64,000 nucleotides of DNA from Vulcanimicrobiota bacterium (GTDB taxonomy: Bacteria > Vulcanimicrobiota > Vulcanimicrobiia > Vulcanimicrobiales > Vulcanimicrobiaceae), in the NCBI GenBank assembly GCA_963695225.1, contig OY968762.1:448001-512000 (forward strand). The letters run 5' to 3'. Under the pieces are notes generated by a model. The model saw only the letters and a list, made by a program, of their open reading frames with translations, was not told the DNA's origin and made no database searches. The position numbers were made by a program, and so were the translations under genes. Below are positions 30,776 to 44,892 of the stretch, in pieces. The first letter of the stretch is position 1. Each line of letters opens with the position of its first letter.

Positions 30776-32719
30776 ATGGAATGGCTGCGCTTTGCTGCAC
30801 TCGAGCGTCACTACGGGGCGCGCACCGTGTTTTCCGACCTCTCCGGCGTTCTCTCCGACGGCGCCAGGGTCGGGTTGATCGGGCCGAACGGCGCTGGGAA
30901 ATCATCGCTCGTGAGGCTGCTGGCGGGGATCGACGAGCCGGAGGGCGGGACGATCGTGCGCGCCCGCGGGGCGCGCATGGGGTATCTCTCGCAGGAAAGC
31001 GTCGAGGATGCGACCGCGACGCTGCGCGAGCTCTTGAACGCGGCTTTCGCGCGGATGCACGAGGAAGAGGCCCGGCTGAGAGCGCTCGAGGCGGAGTTGA
31101 GCGTCGCGGCCGAGCGCGGCGACGAGGCGCGGCAAGCCGCGTTGCTCGAGCGGTACGGCGACGCGCTGGAAGCTTTCGAACGGCACGGCGGCGAGTCGAT
31201 CGAGCGGAAGATGACTGCGATGATCGGCGCGTTCGGCTTCGCGGCGGCCGATCTCGAGCGGCCGCTCGGAGCGTTCTCCGGCGGTCAGCGCACGCGTGCG
31301 GCGCTCGCGCGGATGCTGCTCGAAGAACCGGATTACCTGATCCTCGACGAGCCGACGAACCATCTCGACATCGCGACCGTGCGCTGGCTCGAGGACTTCC
31401 TGGTCAACGACCGGCGCGCGTGCCTGATCGTCTCGCACGATCGCCTCTTCCTCGATCGCGTCGTGACGGAAGTGTGGGAACTCGAACGCGGGAGGCTGGA
31501 CGCGTACCGTTGCGCGGCGGGGCGCGCCTACGAAGATTTCCTCGCGCAGAAGGCGGAGCGTCTGGAGCAGGCCCGCCGCGACTACGAGGCGTCGCTCGCC
31601 GAAGAGGCGCGCGCGCGCGCCGCGATTGCGGAATTGCGCACGCACGGCTCGCACAATTACTCGCACGTGCGCAGCCGCGAGAAGAAGTTCGCCAAGCTCG
31701 AGCGCGTCGAGGCGCCCGTCGCGCCGCGCAAGCGGATCTCGATCGAGCTCGATGCCGCGCGGCGCGCGACGAAGGGGATCGCGCTGCGCCTCTCGCGCGT
31801 GACGAAGCGCTACGAAAAGCCGCTCTTCGCGCAGCTCTCGATCGAGGTGGGGCGGGGCGAGCGCATCGCGATCGTCGGCGAGAACGGGAGCGGGAAATCG
31901 ACGCTGCTCAAGATCGTCGCGGGGAGCGTGCGAGCCGACGAAGGAACCGTGCGCGTGAGCGAGGGCGTGAAGGTCGCGTACTTCTCGCAGGATTCCGATG
32001 CGGCGCTCGCGCGCGGGGTTTCGGCCGTCGAAGCGGTTCTCTCGGCGGCGCCGATCCTGCCGCAGGAGGCGCGCGCGCTGCTCGGCCGGATCGGTCTCGG
32101 CGGCGACGCCGGCGATAAGCCGGTCGAAGCATTCTCCGGCGGCGAGCGCCGCCGCATCATGCTCGCTTGCTTGATGGCGCGCGAGTCGGATTGCCTGCTG
32201 CTCGACGAGCCCACGAACGATCTCGACATCGCGAGCCGCGAAGCGCTCGAGAGCGTCCTCGCGGAGTATCGAGGGGCGATGCTCGTCGTCTCGCACGATC
32301 GCTATCTCCTCGCGCGCCTCGCGGAGCGCCTGATCGTGCTCCGCGACGGTATCGCGACGATCGTCACCGGAGGATACGAAGCGTACGAAGCGTCGCTCGA
32401 CGGCACGCGCGCCCCCGCCGCTGCGGCGGAACGGAAGCTGCCCTCGCCGACGGCGCAGAAGCGCGACGACGATCGCGAGGAACGGCGTCGCAAAGCGGTT
32501 ACGGAACGGGCGCTCGCGGCGGCCGAAACGGAGGTGGCGCGCTGCGATCGAGCGGTGGCCGACTTGCGAAGCGCGTTCGGCGAACCCTCGAACTACGGCG
32601 ATCCCGGGCGGGTAGCCGCACTGGGAGCGCAATTGAAAGCGGCGGAGAGCGAGGCCGCGGCCGCGCTCGCTCGCTGGGAGGAGTTGGCGCTCGCGCATGA
32701 GAGCGGCGCAAGCGGTTAG
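30776..32719 (+). CDS. ABC-F family ATPase (Uup-like C-terminal coil)
   Basis: Two ABC cassettes (GPNGAGKS/FSGGQ/LDEPTNHLD and GENGSGKS/FSGGE/LDEPTNDLD); no membrane domain. Confidence 0.93.
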   Translation: MEWLRFAALERHYGARTVFSDLSGVLSDGARVGLIGPNGAGKSSLVRLLAGIDEPEGGTIVRARGARMGYLSQESVEDATATLRELLNAAFARMHEEEARLRALEAELSVAAERGDEARQAALLERYGDALEAFERHGGESIERKMTAMIGAFGFAAADLERPLGAFSGGQRTRAALARMLLEEPDYLILDEPTNHLDIATVRWLEDFLVNDRRACLIVSHDRLFLDRVVTEVWELERGRLDAYRCAAGRAYEDFLAQKAERLEQARRDYEASLAEEARARAAIAELRTHGSHNYSHVRSREKKFAKLERVEAPVAPRKRISIELDAARRATKGIALRLSRVTKRYEKPLFAQLSIEVGRGERIAIVGENGSGKSTLLKIVAGSVRADEGTVRVSEGVKVAYFSQDSDAALARGVSAVEAVLSAAPILPQEARALLGRIGLGGDAGDKPVEAFSGGERRRIMLACLMARESDCLLLDEPTNDLDIASREALESVLAEYRGAMLVVSHDRYLLARLAERLIVLRDGIATIVTGGYEAYEASLDGTRAPAAAAERKLPSPTAQKRDDDREERRRKAVTERALAAAETEVARCDRAVADLRSAFGEPSNYGDPGRVAALGAQLKAAESEAAAALARWEELALAHESGASG

Positions 32720-32829
32720 CTACTAGGCGCGGCCGGCCTAGACGCATTTCGGACGCTCGAATCGTATGTTCGGGGGGAGCGCGCAGCATTCGCAGCGCGC
32801 AGCCGTTTGACGAAGAATCGGAGAGAATC

Positions 32830-33063
32830 ATGGAACGTATCCCCGTCGCAGTCGACCCGATGGTGCTGCTCCTGCCCACGAGGCTCTATCTGATCTGGGT
32901 CGAGATCCACCACCCGAACACGCCGATGGCCGCATCCCTAGCCGAGGTGCTTGTGAAGGCGACGGCCGAGGAGCGGGCCACCGTCGGGCGTCACTTGGCG
33001 ATCGTGCAGAAGGCCGCGGAAGCGATGAAGCAGGCCTACGGGGGCGCCGCCGTTCACGGGTAG
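32830..33063 (+). CDS. Small hypothetical protein
   Basis: GGAGAG RBS; fills the gap at the head of a co-oriented gene run. Confidence 0.6.
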   Translation: MERIPVAVDPMVLLLPTRLYLIWVEIHHPNTPMAASLAEVLVKATAEERATVGRHLAIVQKAAEAMKQAYGGAAVHG

Positions 33064-33111
33064 GTTCGTCGAAAACGCAGGGAGAGTCGCTCGTTCGGGA
33101 GGTCGCGGCCG

Positions 33112-34884
33112 GTGGCAGCATTACACTACGACGTCGTCATCGTCGGAGCGAGCTTCGGCGGCGTCGCGGCGGCGCTCGCAGCTGCGGCCGATCCTTCAGT
33201 GCGCGTCGCGCTTCTCGAAGCGAGCGACTGGGTCGGGGGCCAGGCGACCGCGCAGGGCGTGACGCGCTGGGACGAAGCGGATATGGCGCACATGGAGACG
33301 TGCGGGAGCACGAAATCGTATCGCGATCTGCGCGCGGCGATCCGCGAGTGGTATCGCGAGAACGTCGCGCTGTCGGCCTATGGGAATGGTGCCGCATACT
33401 TCAATCCCGGCTTCGCGCAAGCGGGTTATCCGTTTTCGGTGGAGCCGCAGGTCGCGCAGGACGTCATGCGCGCGCAGTTGGGCGCGCTCGCCGCACGCCT
33501 CGATCTCAAGCTCGGCGTCACCGTCACGGCGGTCGGCGTGCAGGGGGGCGCGGTCACCGGGCTGACGGTCGACGGGCCCGGCGGGACGGACACGTACACC
33601 GCAAACGTCTACCTCGACGCGACGGATCTCGGCGATCTGCTCCCGCTCGCGGCGCTGCCTTGGACGATCGGCGCGGAATCGCATTCGCAGACCGGCGAGC
33701 CCAGCGCGCCGGCGGAAGCGCATCCGGAGTGGATCCAACCGATAACGGTCCCGGTCGCGCTGGAACGGCGCCCGGAGGGCGAGGACCATCGCATCCCGCA
33801 GCCCGCGAATTACGACGATATCGTCCGGGCGCAAGGCTTCAGAGTCCGCGACGGTGACATTTCCGGCGTCTTCAACGTGCAAGGCGGCGGCGAAACGCTG
33901 TGGGGATACCGTCGCTACGTCGACGCGCGCAACTTCGCCGACGACGGCTACGCCTGCGATCGGAGCACGCTGAACGTCGGGAGCAACGATTATCAGGCGG
34001 CGGCGATTCCCACCGGGGATGCCGCGCAGGACGCGGCGATCGTGCAGGGCGCGCGCGAGGTCTCGCTGGCGTACGTGTACTGGCTGCAGAACGATTGTCC
34101 GCGCGACGACGCCGACGGCGGCGGGAACGGGTATCCGAATCTCATGCTGCGTACCGATGCCTTCCCAACGCCCGACGGGACGGCGCCGGCGGCGTACATT
34201 CGCGAATCGCGGCGCATCGACGCGCTCTCGCAGATCGTGCAACAGGATATCGACGCGAGCGGATTCCCGGCGGGCGCCGTTCGAGCGCGTCTGTACCCGG
34301 ACTCGTGCGGGATCGGGTGGTACGGCATCGACGTGCATGCCGCGTCCGGCCCCGGCACGCCGTGGAGCGGGTTCTCCACGCTCCGTTTCCAGATCCCGCT
34401 CGGCGCGCTCTTGCCGAAAACGCTCGGCAACTTCGTTGCCGCTTGCAAGAACATCGGCGCGACGCACTTGACCTCGGGAGCGTACCGCGTGCATCCGGTC
34501 GAGTGGGCGATCGGCGAGGCGGCCGGCGTGCTCGCGGCGTTTTGCACGACGCAGCGCGTCGCCCCGAAGGACGTGTGGAGCATTCCGGGGCGCCGGGCGG
34601 CGTATCAATCCCGGCTGCTCGCGCGCGGCGTCCCGATCTTCTGGTGGAGCGACGTCCTGTTCGAAGCCGATGCGCGCACGTTTGCGGCGGTCCATCTGAC
34701 GGGCGTGCACGGCATCTTTCAGGGCGACGGGACGCTCGCGTTCCGTCCCGGCGGCGCGGTTTCGAATGCAGACCGGCAGGCGATCGATAGCCGCGTCGGG
34801 CATGCGCTACCGTGGCCTTCGAAGGCGATGACGCGCGGGGAGACCGCGGTCTGGCTCTGCGGACAGCTCGGCCTTCCGGTGTGA
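33112..34884 (+). CDS. FAD-dependent oxidoreductase (PF12831-like) with C-terminal SLH-like motif
   Basis: DVVIVGASFGG, WVGGQ, DATDLGDL, YIRESRRI, FQIPLGAL, YRVHPVEWAIGEAAG; tail G.F.PGG.V..MTRGETA. Confidence 0.85.
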   Translation: MAALHYDVVIVGASFGGVAAALAAAADPSVRVALLEASDWVGGQATAQGVTRWDEADMAHMETCGSTKSYRDLRAAIREWYRENVALSAYGNGAAYFNPGFAQAGYPFSVEPQVAQDVMRAQLGALAARLDLKLGVTVTAVGVQGGAVTGLTVDGPGGTDTYTANVYLDATDLGDLLPLAALPWTIGAESHSQTGEPSAPAEAHPEWIQPITVPVALERRPEGEDHRIPQPANYDDIVRAQGFRVRDGDISGVFNVQGGGETLWGYRRYVDARNFADDGYACDRSTLNVGSNDYQAAAIPTGDAAQDAAIVQGAREVSLAYVYWLQNDCPRDDADGGGNGYPNLMLRTDAFPTPDGTAPAAYIRESRRIDALSQIVQQDIDASGFPAGAVRARLYPDSCGIGWYGIDVHAASGPGTPWSGFSTLRFQIPLGALLPKTLGNFVAACKNIGATHLTSGAYRVHPVEWAIGEAAGVLAAFCTTQRVAPKDVWSIPGRRAAYQSRLLARGVPIFWWSDVLFEADARTFAAVHLTGVHGIFQGDGTLAFRPGGAVSNADRQAIDSRVGHALPWPSKAMTRGETAVWLCGQLGLPV

Positions 34885-35987
34885 GCCGGAGCCTGCGGCG
34901 TGCGGCGCTCGCGCTCGCGTCCGCCGTCGCGCTCGCCGCGGTTCGCGCGCCGGCGCAGGCGGCGCCGCCGAGCGTCGCGTTGAGCATCGGCGCGCGCGAT
35001 GGGGCCTCGGCCCTGCAGGCGATGTACGGCAGCATCAACGACGGCGACGTCGAGAGTTATCTCGCGGAGGCTCTCCTCGACCCGACGGTCGCGGTGGGAC
35101 CGTCGCGGCGCTGCGTGCGCACCGACAACGCGATCGGCTCGATGCCGAGCCCGCTCGCCGCTCCGCAGTTTCCTCCGGCGTCGATCGCGCAGCGCGCCGA
35201 TCTCGTCGGTGCGGTTACGGCGTATCTGCAAGCGGTCGCGGGGCTCGCCGCAGGCGCGCCGCCGAGTGAAACGGCGGCGAACTTCGGCGAACTGCGCAGG
35301 GCGGTCGGGCGCCTGAACGAGAGTGCGGCGAGCCACGTCGAATTGGACCTCGCGATCGCAACGCCGTCCGCGACGCTCGCAGGCGCCGCGGATGCGCTCG
35401 CGCGGGAGGCTCCGCGCGGCGCAGCACTCGAGGGGATCGTCGTTGCGACGAATCCTACGGTCGTGAAGCTGATCGACGTCCTCGACGCCGACGTCCGAGC
35501 CGGGCGCGCCGCGGCGACGGCGGCAGCCGACGCGGAGTATGCGACGTGGAGCGCCTACTACGAGAGCGCGCGCCGCCTCGCGCTTTCGGGCGCGCCGCGA
35601 AGCACGCGCGTGGTCCTCCCGCTACCGCGATGCGCCGCGCCCTATCCCTTGCGGGGGCAGGCGGCCGTGCCGCCCGCTGCCGGGGCGAGCCGGAACGCCG
35701 CTGCGAGCGCTGCGCCGCCCGCCGTGGACCCACAGGCCGACGCCGCGACGTTCGGCGCCCGCGCTACGGCGATCGGGCTGTGGAGCGCGGCGCACGAGCG
35801 CGCCGTGATCCTGCGCAGCGCGGACCCTTCGTCGCTCGCGCCGTCGCTTCGGAAAGCGAACGCGGCACTGCTGCGTTTCGTCGCCGCACCGCAGGAGGCC
35901 GGAAACGCGACGGATTTCGCCTCCGCGTGCGGCGAGTTTGCGGATGCGGCGCGGATCGCCGCCGACGCGTACCGCGCGTTGAAGTAG
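34881..35987 (+). CDS. Secreted Ala-rich helical hypothetical protein
   Basis: GTG overlaps the upstream TGA; signal peptide ending AQA. Confidence 0.65.
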   Translation: MSRSLRRAALALASAVALAAVRAPAQAAPPSVALSIGARDGASALQAMYGSINDGDVESYLAEALLDPTVAVGPSRRCVRTDNAIGSMPSPLAAPQFPPASIAQRADLVGAVTAYLQAVAGLAAGAPPSETAANFGELRRAVGRLNESAASHVELDLAIATPSATLAGAADALAREAPRGAALEGIVVATNPTVVKLIDVLDADVRAGRAAATAAADAEYATWSAYYESARRLALSGAPRSTRVVLPLPRCAAPYPLRGQAAVPPAAGASRNAAASAAPPAVDPQADAATFGARATAIGLWSAAHERAVILRSADPSSLAPSLRKANAALLRFVAAPQEAGNATDFASACGEFADAARIAADAYRALK

Positions 35988-36130
35988 CGCCGGCGCGAGC
36001 CCCAGCCGGGACTCGGGAGCCGCCGGAAGAATCTCCGGTCGGCCCGGTCCTTTTGGAGGCTTCCCCATGGTGCCCTCGAGCGGCGTTGGAAACGAACCGG
36101 CGCGAACCTTAGCGCCCGGCACGGAGTAGC

Positions 36131-40371
<4,241 letters not shown>

Positions 40372-40517
40372 GAGCAAGGCGCTCGGCGCCCGCTCGGTGC
40401 CGCGAAACTCGCACGCATCGAAGGCGCGGCGCCGAGCGCGAACGTCGCCGGTACGCTACGCCGGCATGCGGTTCATCGAAGGGAAGACGGCCGGACGAGG
40501 CTGAGGCCCCTGCACGG

Positions 40518-42995
40518 CTAGGCTCGCACGCCGGTTGGGGGTGCATCGAACGCCGTGATCGCCGGCAGCGGCTGCTGGTACTTCTCCACTTCGACGAGCG
40601 CGGTGTTGGCGATGTTGCCCTGCGCGAGCTTCGAGGTGCCCTTGTCGAGCGTGAGCACGTTGATCAGACCGTGCTTGCAGAGCGCGTCCGGCTCTCCCGG
40701 CTTGTCCGGATCGTACCAAGCGCCCTCGTGGAGCACGACGACCCCGGAGCGTACGCGCCCGGTCACGAGCGCGCCGGCCAGCACCGCGCCGCGATCGTTG
40801 AAGACGCGCACCACGTCGCCGTCCGCTATGCCGCGGCGCTTCGCGTCGTCGACGTTGATCCAGACCGGCTCGCGCGCGCCGACTTCGTACCATTCGCGGA
40901 TCCACGTGTTGTCGAGTTGGGAGTGCAGGCGGTAATTGGGATGCGGCGAGACGACGTGCAGCGGATACGTCTTGGCTTTCTCTGAGCCGAGCCATTCGGC
41001 CGGTTCGAGCCACGTCGCGTGCCCGGGGCAGTCGTCGTACTTGAAGCTCGCGATCTTCGGCGAGTAGAGCTCGATGCGCCCCGACGGCGTGCCGAGCGGA
41101 TTCTTCTTCGGGTCGGCGCGGAAGTCGGCGTGCTTGACGTAGGCTTTCGCATCGGCGGGGATCGGGAGTTCGACGTAGCCCTCGCCCTTCCAGAACGCGT
41201 CGAAATCCGGCAGCTTCAGCGCGAGCGTCTTGGCCGCCGTCGCTCGCGCCTGCGCGTAGAACGAGCGGAGCCATTCGAGCTCGGTCTTTCCTTCGGTGAA
41301 CTTGTCGTGGAAGCCCAAGCGCTTCGAGATATCGGCGAGCATGTCGTAATCGCTGCGGGCTTCGCCGACCGGATCGACGACCTTATGCATCGCGACGATG
41401 AAGCGCTGCGAATACGCTCCGCAGACCTCGAGGTCGTTGCGCTCGAAGGTCGTGGTCGCGGGGAGGACGATGTCGGCGAATTTTGCGGTCGCCGTCCAGA
41501 AGGGATCCGCGACGACGATCGTCTCCGGGCGGCGCCACGCCTCGACGACTTTGCTCGTCTGCCAGAGATGTGTGAGCGGATTCCCGCCGGCCCAGTAGAT
41601 CATTTTGATGTCGGGATAGGTGAACTTCGAGCCGTTGTAGTCGACCTCGGTCCCCGGGCTCAGCAGCATGTCGGCGACGCGCTCGAACGGGAGCGCGTTC
41701 TTGACCGGGTTGTCGCCGGCCGCGATCCCCGTGACGCCCGGTGACTTCGCGCTGAGGGAGCCGCCGTTGTCGTAATGGTAGCTGAAGCCGAGCCCGCCGC
41801 CGGGAAGCCCGATCTGTCCGAGCATCGAGGCGAGCGCGACGAGTGCCCAGTACGGCTGCTCGCCGTGGTCGGCACGCTGGATCGCATACCCCGTGATGAT
41901 CATGGAACGCTTGCCCGCGAGGGAATGCGCGAGGTCGCGGATCGCCTCGGGTTTGAGGCCGGTGATCGCCGCGGCCCACTCCGGCGTCTTGGGTTGTCCG
42001 TCCGGCTTCCCGAGCAGGTACGGCAAGAAGCGATCGAACCCGAATGTGTACTTGGCGAGGAACGCCGCGTCGTGTTTCTTCTCGGCGTAGAGCGTGTGTG
42101 CCAGCGCGAGCATCAACGCGGTGTCGGTGTTGGGGCGCGGGGCGACCCACTTCGCGCCGACGTACTGTGCGGTATCGGTCATGCGCGGATCGATCGAGAT
42201 GACCTCGATCTTGCGCGCCGCAACCTTCGCCCGGAGCGCTTCGAGCGCGCCGTAGGCGTAGTGGTCGGCGGGATGCGTCCCGATTTGGTTCCCCTTGATC
42301 AGATCCGCGCCCCACAGGATGACCGTCTGCGAGTTCTCGAGGATCGACGGCCAAGCGGTCTGCTGATCGTAAACTTCCAAGTCGCCCAATACGTGCGGCA
42401 GGATGACCATCGCGGCGGCGATGCTGGGATCGCCGGTATCGTCGGTGAACCCGCCGTGCAGGTTGAGCATCCTGCGCACGAGCGCGGAGGCCGAATGCAG
42501 CAGCCCGGAGGATTGCCAGTCGGCGGTGCCGGCGAAGAACGCGGCATTGCCGTATTGCTTCTTGACGCGGCCCAGTTCGGCGGCGACGAGATCGAGAGCT
42601 TCGTCCCAACTCACGCGTACGAACTCGTCCCGCCCGCGCTGCGTCCGGTCGCTCTCGGCGCCTTTGGCGAGAAATCCCTTGCGCACCATCGGATGGGCGA
42701 TGCGGCTGCGGGAGTACACCGCATCGGCGAAGGCCCCGATCATCGGCGTCGGCGCGGGATCCTTCGAGAAGGGCAGCGCTTTGACGAAGCGGCCGCCCTG
42801 CGTGACGGCCGAGACCATGCCCCAGTGCGATGCCGTCAACACCGTGCGCTGCTCGAGCAGATTCCCGCCCGGGCCAAACGCCTGCGCGGCGCTCGGCAGC
42901 GCCGCCGCGCCCACTGCGGCGGCCGTGCCCTCGACGAAGGTGCGTCGCGAGATTCCGTCCGCGGATTCGGCTGGTTTCGGATCGTCTGGCTTCAT
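40518..42995 (-). CDS. Tat-exported molybdopterin S/N-oxide reductase, TorA/DorA/BisC clade
   Basis: SRRTFV Tat motif, ASHWG, FVRVSWDEALD, QRADHGEQP, DIVLPATT.FERND, HP.YRLHSQL, EGAWYDP; no N-terminal Fe-S motif. Confidence 0.92.
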   Translation of the reverse strand: MKPDDPKPAESADGISRRTFVEGTAAAVGAAALPSAAQAFGPGGNLLEQRTVLTASHWGMVSAVTQGGRFVKALPFSKDPAPTPMIGAFADAVYSRSRIAHPMVRKGFLAKGAESDRTQRGRDEFVRVSWDEALDLVAAELGRVKKQYGNAAFFAGTADWQSSGLLHSASALVRRMLNLHGGFTDDTGDPSIAAAMVILPHVLGDLEVYDQQTAWPSILENSQTVILWGADLIKGNQIGTHPADHYAYGALEALRAKVAARKIEVISIDPRMTDTAQYVGAKWVAPRPNTDTALMLALAHTLYAEKKHDAAFLAKYTFGFDRFLPYLLGKPDGQPKTPEWAAAITGLKPEAIRDLAHSLAGKRSMIITGYAIQRADHGEQPYWALVALASMLGQIGLPGGGLGFSYHYDNGGSLSAKSPGVTGIAAGDNPVKNALPFERVADMLLSPGTEVDYNGSKFTYPDIKMIYWAGGNPLTHLWQTSKVVEAWRRPETIVVADPFWTATAKFADIVLPATTTFERNDLEVCGAYSQRFIVAMHKVVDPVGEARSDYDMLADISKRLGFHDKFTEGKTELEWLRSFYAQARATAAKTLALKLPDFDAFWKGEGYVELPIPADAKAYVKHADFRADPKKNPLGTPSGRIELYSPKIASFKYDDCPGHATWLEPAEWLGSEKAKTYPLHVVSPHPNYRLHSQLDNTWIREWYEVGAREPVWINVDDAKRRGIADGDVVRVFNDRGAVLAGALVTGRVRSGVVVLHEGAWYDPDKPGEPDALCKHGLINVLTLDKGTSKLAQGNIANTALVEVEKYQQPLPAITAFDAPPTGVRA

Positions 42996-43009
42996 CGTGG
43001 GGCCTCCGG

Positions 43010-43672
43010 CTAGAGCGGTTTTGAGTGGGCTTGCAGGTATTGCGTGACCAACTCGGCTTGGGAAGGGGTCAATGCGGCGTTTTTCGCCATCGTCTTGAGG
43101 ATGGTAGGCCATCCGTTCGCGGTGAATTCGGTGGGCGCGTGGAGGGCGTGGCAGTTGCTGCAGCGCTGACTGTAAAGGTGCTGCGCCCGCGCCCAGACGG
43201 TGGACTGGTCCGGCGTGAGATCTGCGGAGGCGACGAAGCCCGAGAGCGCGACTTCATACCAGACGTTGTCATAGTCGTCTTTCGTTTGCTGGAGAACCTT
43301 GCGATGCACGTTCTGCGTCGAGGCCAGGGTCGCGTAGATGCGGCGCACGCCCATCTCGACGTTGACGGCCGTCTCCGCTCCGTCTTCGGACCAGCCCCGA
43401 AGTGCGAATGCGCGCACGCGAGAACTCGCGCCGCCTGCTACCGAGACGGGCGTTCCGGGTGTGAGCGAACCGACTGCGTGCCTGCCGCTTGCGTCGGCGT
43501 AGATCGGCGTTGCTCTTGCCGCGTACGCCGTCGTCTGCGATTCCGCACGCGCCGAGTGCTGCGCGAGCAGGAGCGCAACGGCGGTGAACGAGGCGAGCGC
43601 GATGCGCCGGGGCCTAGCAGAGGCCGTCGTTAAACTCGGCGTGCGCTTCGGCGCAGTCGTCTCGACGCTCAT
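43010..43672 (-). CDS. Monoheme c-type cytochrome resembling the TorC C-terminal domain
   Basis: Signal peptide, single CSNCH, ANGWP..LKTM (Met ligand), YLQAH; adjacent to the molybdoenzyme. Confidence 0.85.
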   Translation of the reverse strand: MSVETTAPKRTPSLTTASARPRRIALASFTAVALLLAQHSARAESQTTAYAARATPIYADASGRHAVGSLTPGTPVSVAGGASSRVRAFALRGWSEDGAETAVNVEMGVRRIYATLASTQNVHRKVLQQTKDDYDNVWYEVALSGFVASADLTPDQSTVWARAQHLYSQRCSNCHALHAPTEFTANGWPTILKTMAKNAALTPSQAELVTQYLQAHSKPL

Positions 43673-43892
43673 CGCGACTCCGAGACCATCCTCGATTTCA
43701 TCGGATTCTAAATCGCTTAGTCGAAGCGCAGCCGTTCTCCCTTGCGATGCTTTCGCCGCTCAGCAAACTTAGCGGACCGATTCGTGACCTTGCAGCCGTT
43801 GGCGGCTTTGAGATGTCTAGGCCGGTAACCGCTTGTTCCCCGCCGGAGGCAACTCGTTAGTGGACCAGCCGGAGCCCAGCGTTCAGGGTGGT

Positions 43893-44801
43893 ATGAAACG
43901 CGGGGCCGTAGCTCCGTATGCCGCGTTGATCGTTCTGGCGCTGATCTGGGGCTACAATTGGGTGGCGATCAAGATCGCGACGAACGACTCCGACGCGTAC
44001 TTTCTTTCGGCCGCCCGTTCTGTGCTGGGGACGGTGTGCTTGTTCGGGGCGGTGATCGCCACGCGGAGGTCGCTGCGGCCGACGCGGTGGTTCCCGACGC
44101 TCGTGCTCGGCCTCTTGCAGACGAGCGCCTTCACGCTCTTGACGGTCTTGGCAGTGGCGGTGAGCGGAGCGGGAAAGACGGCGGTCCTCGTCTACACGAT
44201 GCCGTTCTGGGTGGTGCTCCTAGCGTGGCCCATCCTGCACGAACGCGTGACGCGATGGGGCTTGGCCGCGCTTGCGCTTGCCGCCGTCGGGCTAGCGCTG
44301 GTGCTCTCGCCGATCGATCTCGGCGCGAAGCTGCCGGGCGAAGCGCTCGCAATCGGCGGCGCGATCGCCTGGGCCGTCAGCGCAGTCTACGGAAAAGTGC
44401 TGCGCATGCGCTATACGATCGATTTGCTCGCGCTGACGGCGTGGCAGATGCTTTGGGGCTCGATCCCGCTCGTGACCATCGCCGCCTTCCTGCCGCATCA
44501 TGCGATCCACGTGACGCTGCCGTTCATCCTCGCGCTGGCGTACATCGCGATCCCGGGAACCGGTTTGGCATGGCTGCTCTGGATGTTCGTCTTGAGCCGA
44601 TTGAAAGCAGGCGTCGCCGGCGTGGCCTCCCTCCTGACGCCGGTCGTCGGCGTCGCGTCGGCGTGGATTCAATTAGGAGAGCGCCCGTCGAGCCTCGAGT
44701 TGCTCGGCCTAGCCTGCATCGTCGTAGCGTTGATCCTGAATCTCATCCCGGAACGGCGCAAACAACCCGTGCCGCCCGGAGCAGCTCGCGCTCTGAGCTG
44801 A
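43893..44801 (+). CDS. DMT/EamA family transporter
   Basis: IWGYNW, YTMPFW, LHER, LTPVVGV..AW..LGE; ten TM pattern. Confidence 0.92.
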   Translation: MKRGAVAPYAALIVLALIWGYNWVAIKIATNDSDAYFLSAARSVLGTVCLFGAVIATRRSLRPTRWFPTLVLGLLQTSAFTLLTVLAVAVSGAGKTAVLVYTMPFWVVLLAWPILHERVTRWGLAALALAAVGLALVLSPIDLGAKLPGEALAIGGAIAWAVSAVYGKVLRMRYTIDLLALTAWQMLWGSIPLVTIAAFLPHHAIHVTLPFILALAYIAIPGTGLAWLLWMFVLSRLKAGVAGVASLLTPVVGVASAWIQLGERPSSLELLGLACIVVALILNLIPERRKQPVPPGAARALS

Positions 44802-44892
44802 ACGAGAGGCAGACTAGCGTCGACTCCAGCGAACGCCTAGCCTCGAGTGTCGTCGGCGGAGCCCGGCCGCAGTCCGCTTGACTATTGCCTCT

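Noticed and set aside
32757..32772. SOS-box-like CGAATCGTATGTTCG
   Set aside because: Spacing is one base off and the left half-site mismatches.
40379..40440. Inverted repeat GCGCTCGGCGCC...GGCGCCGAGCGC between convergent genes
   Set aside because: Large loop, GC-only and single copy; cannot distinguish it from a terminator or chance.
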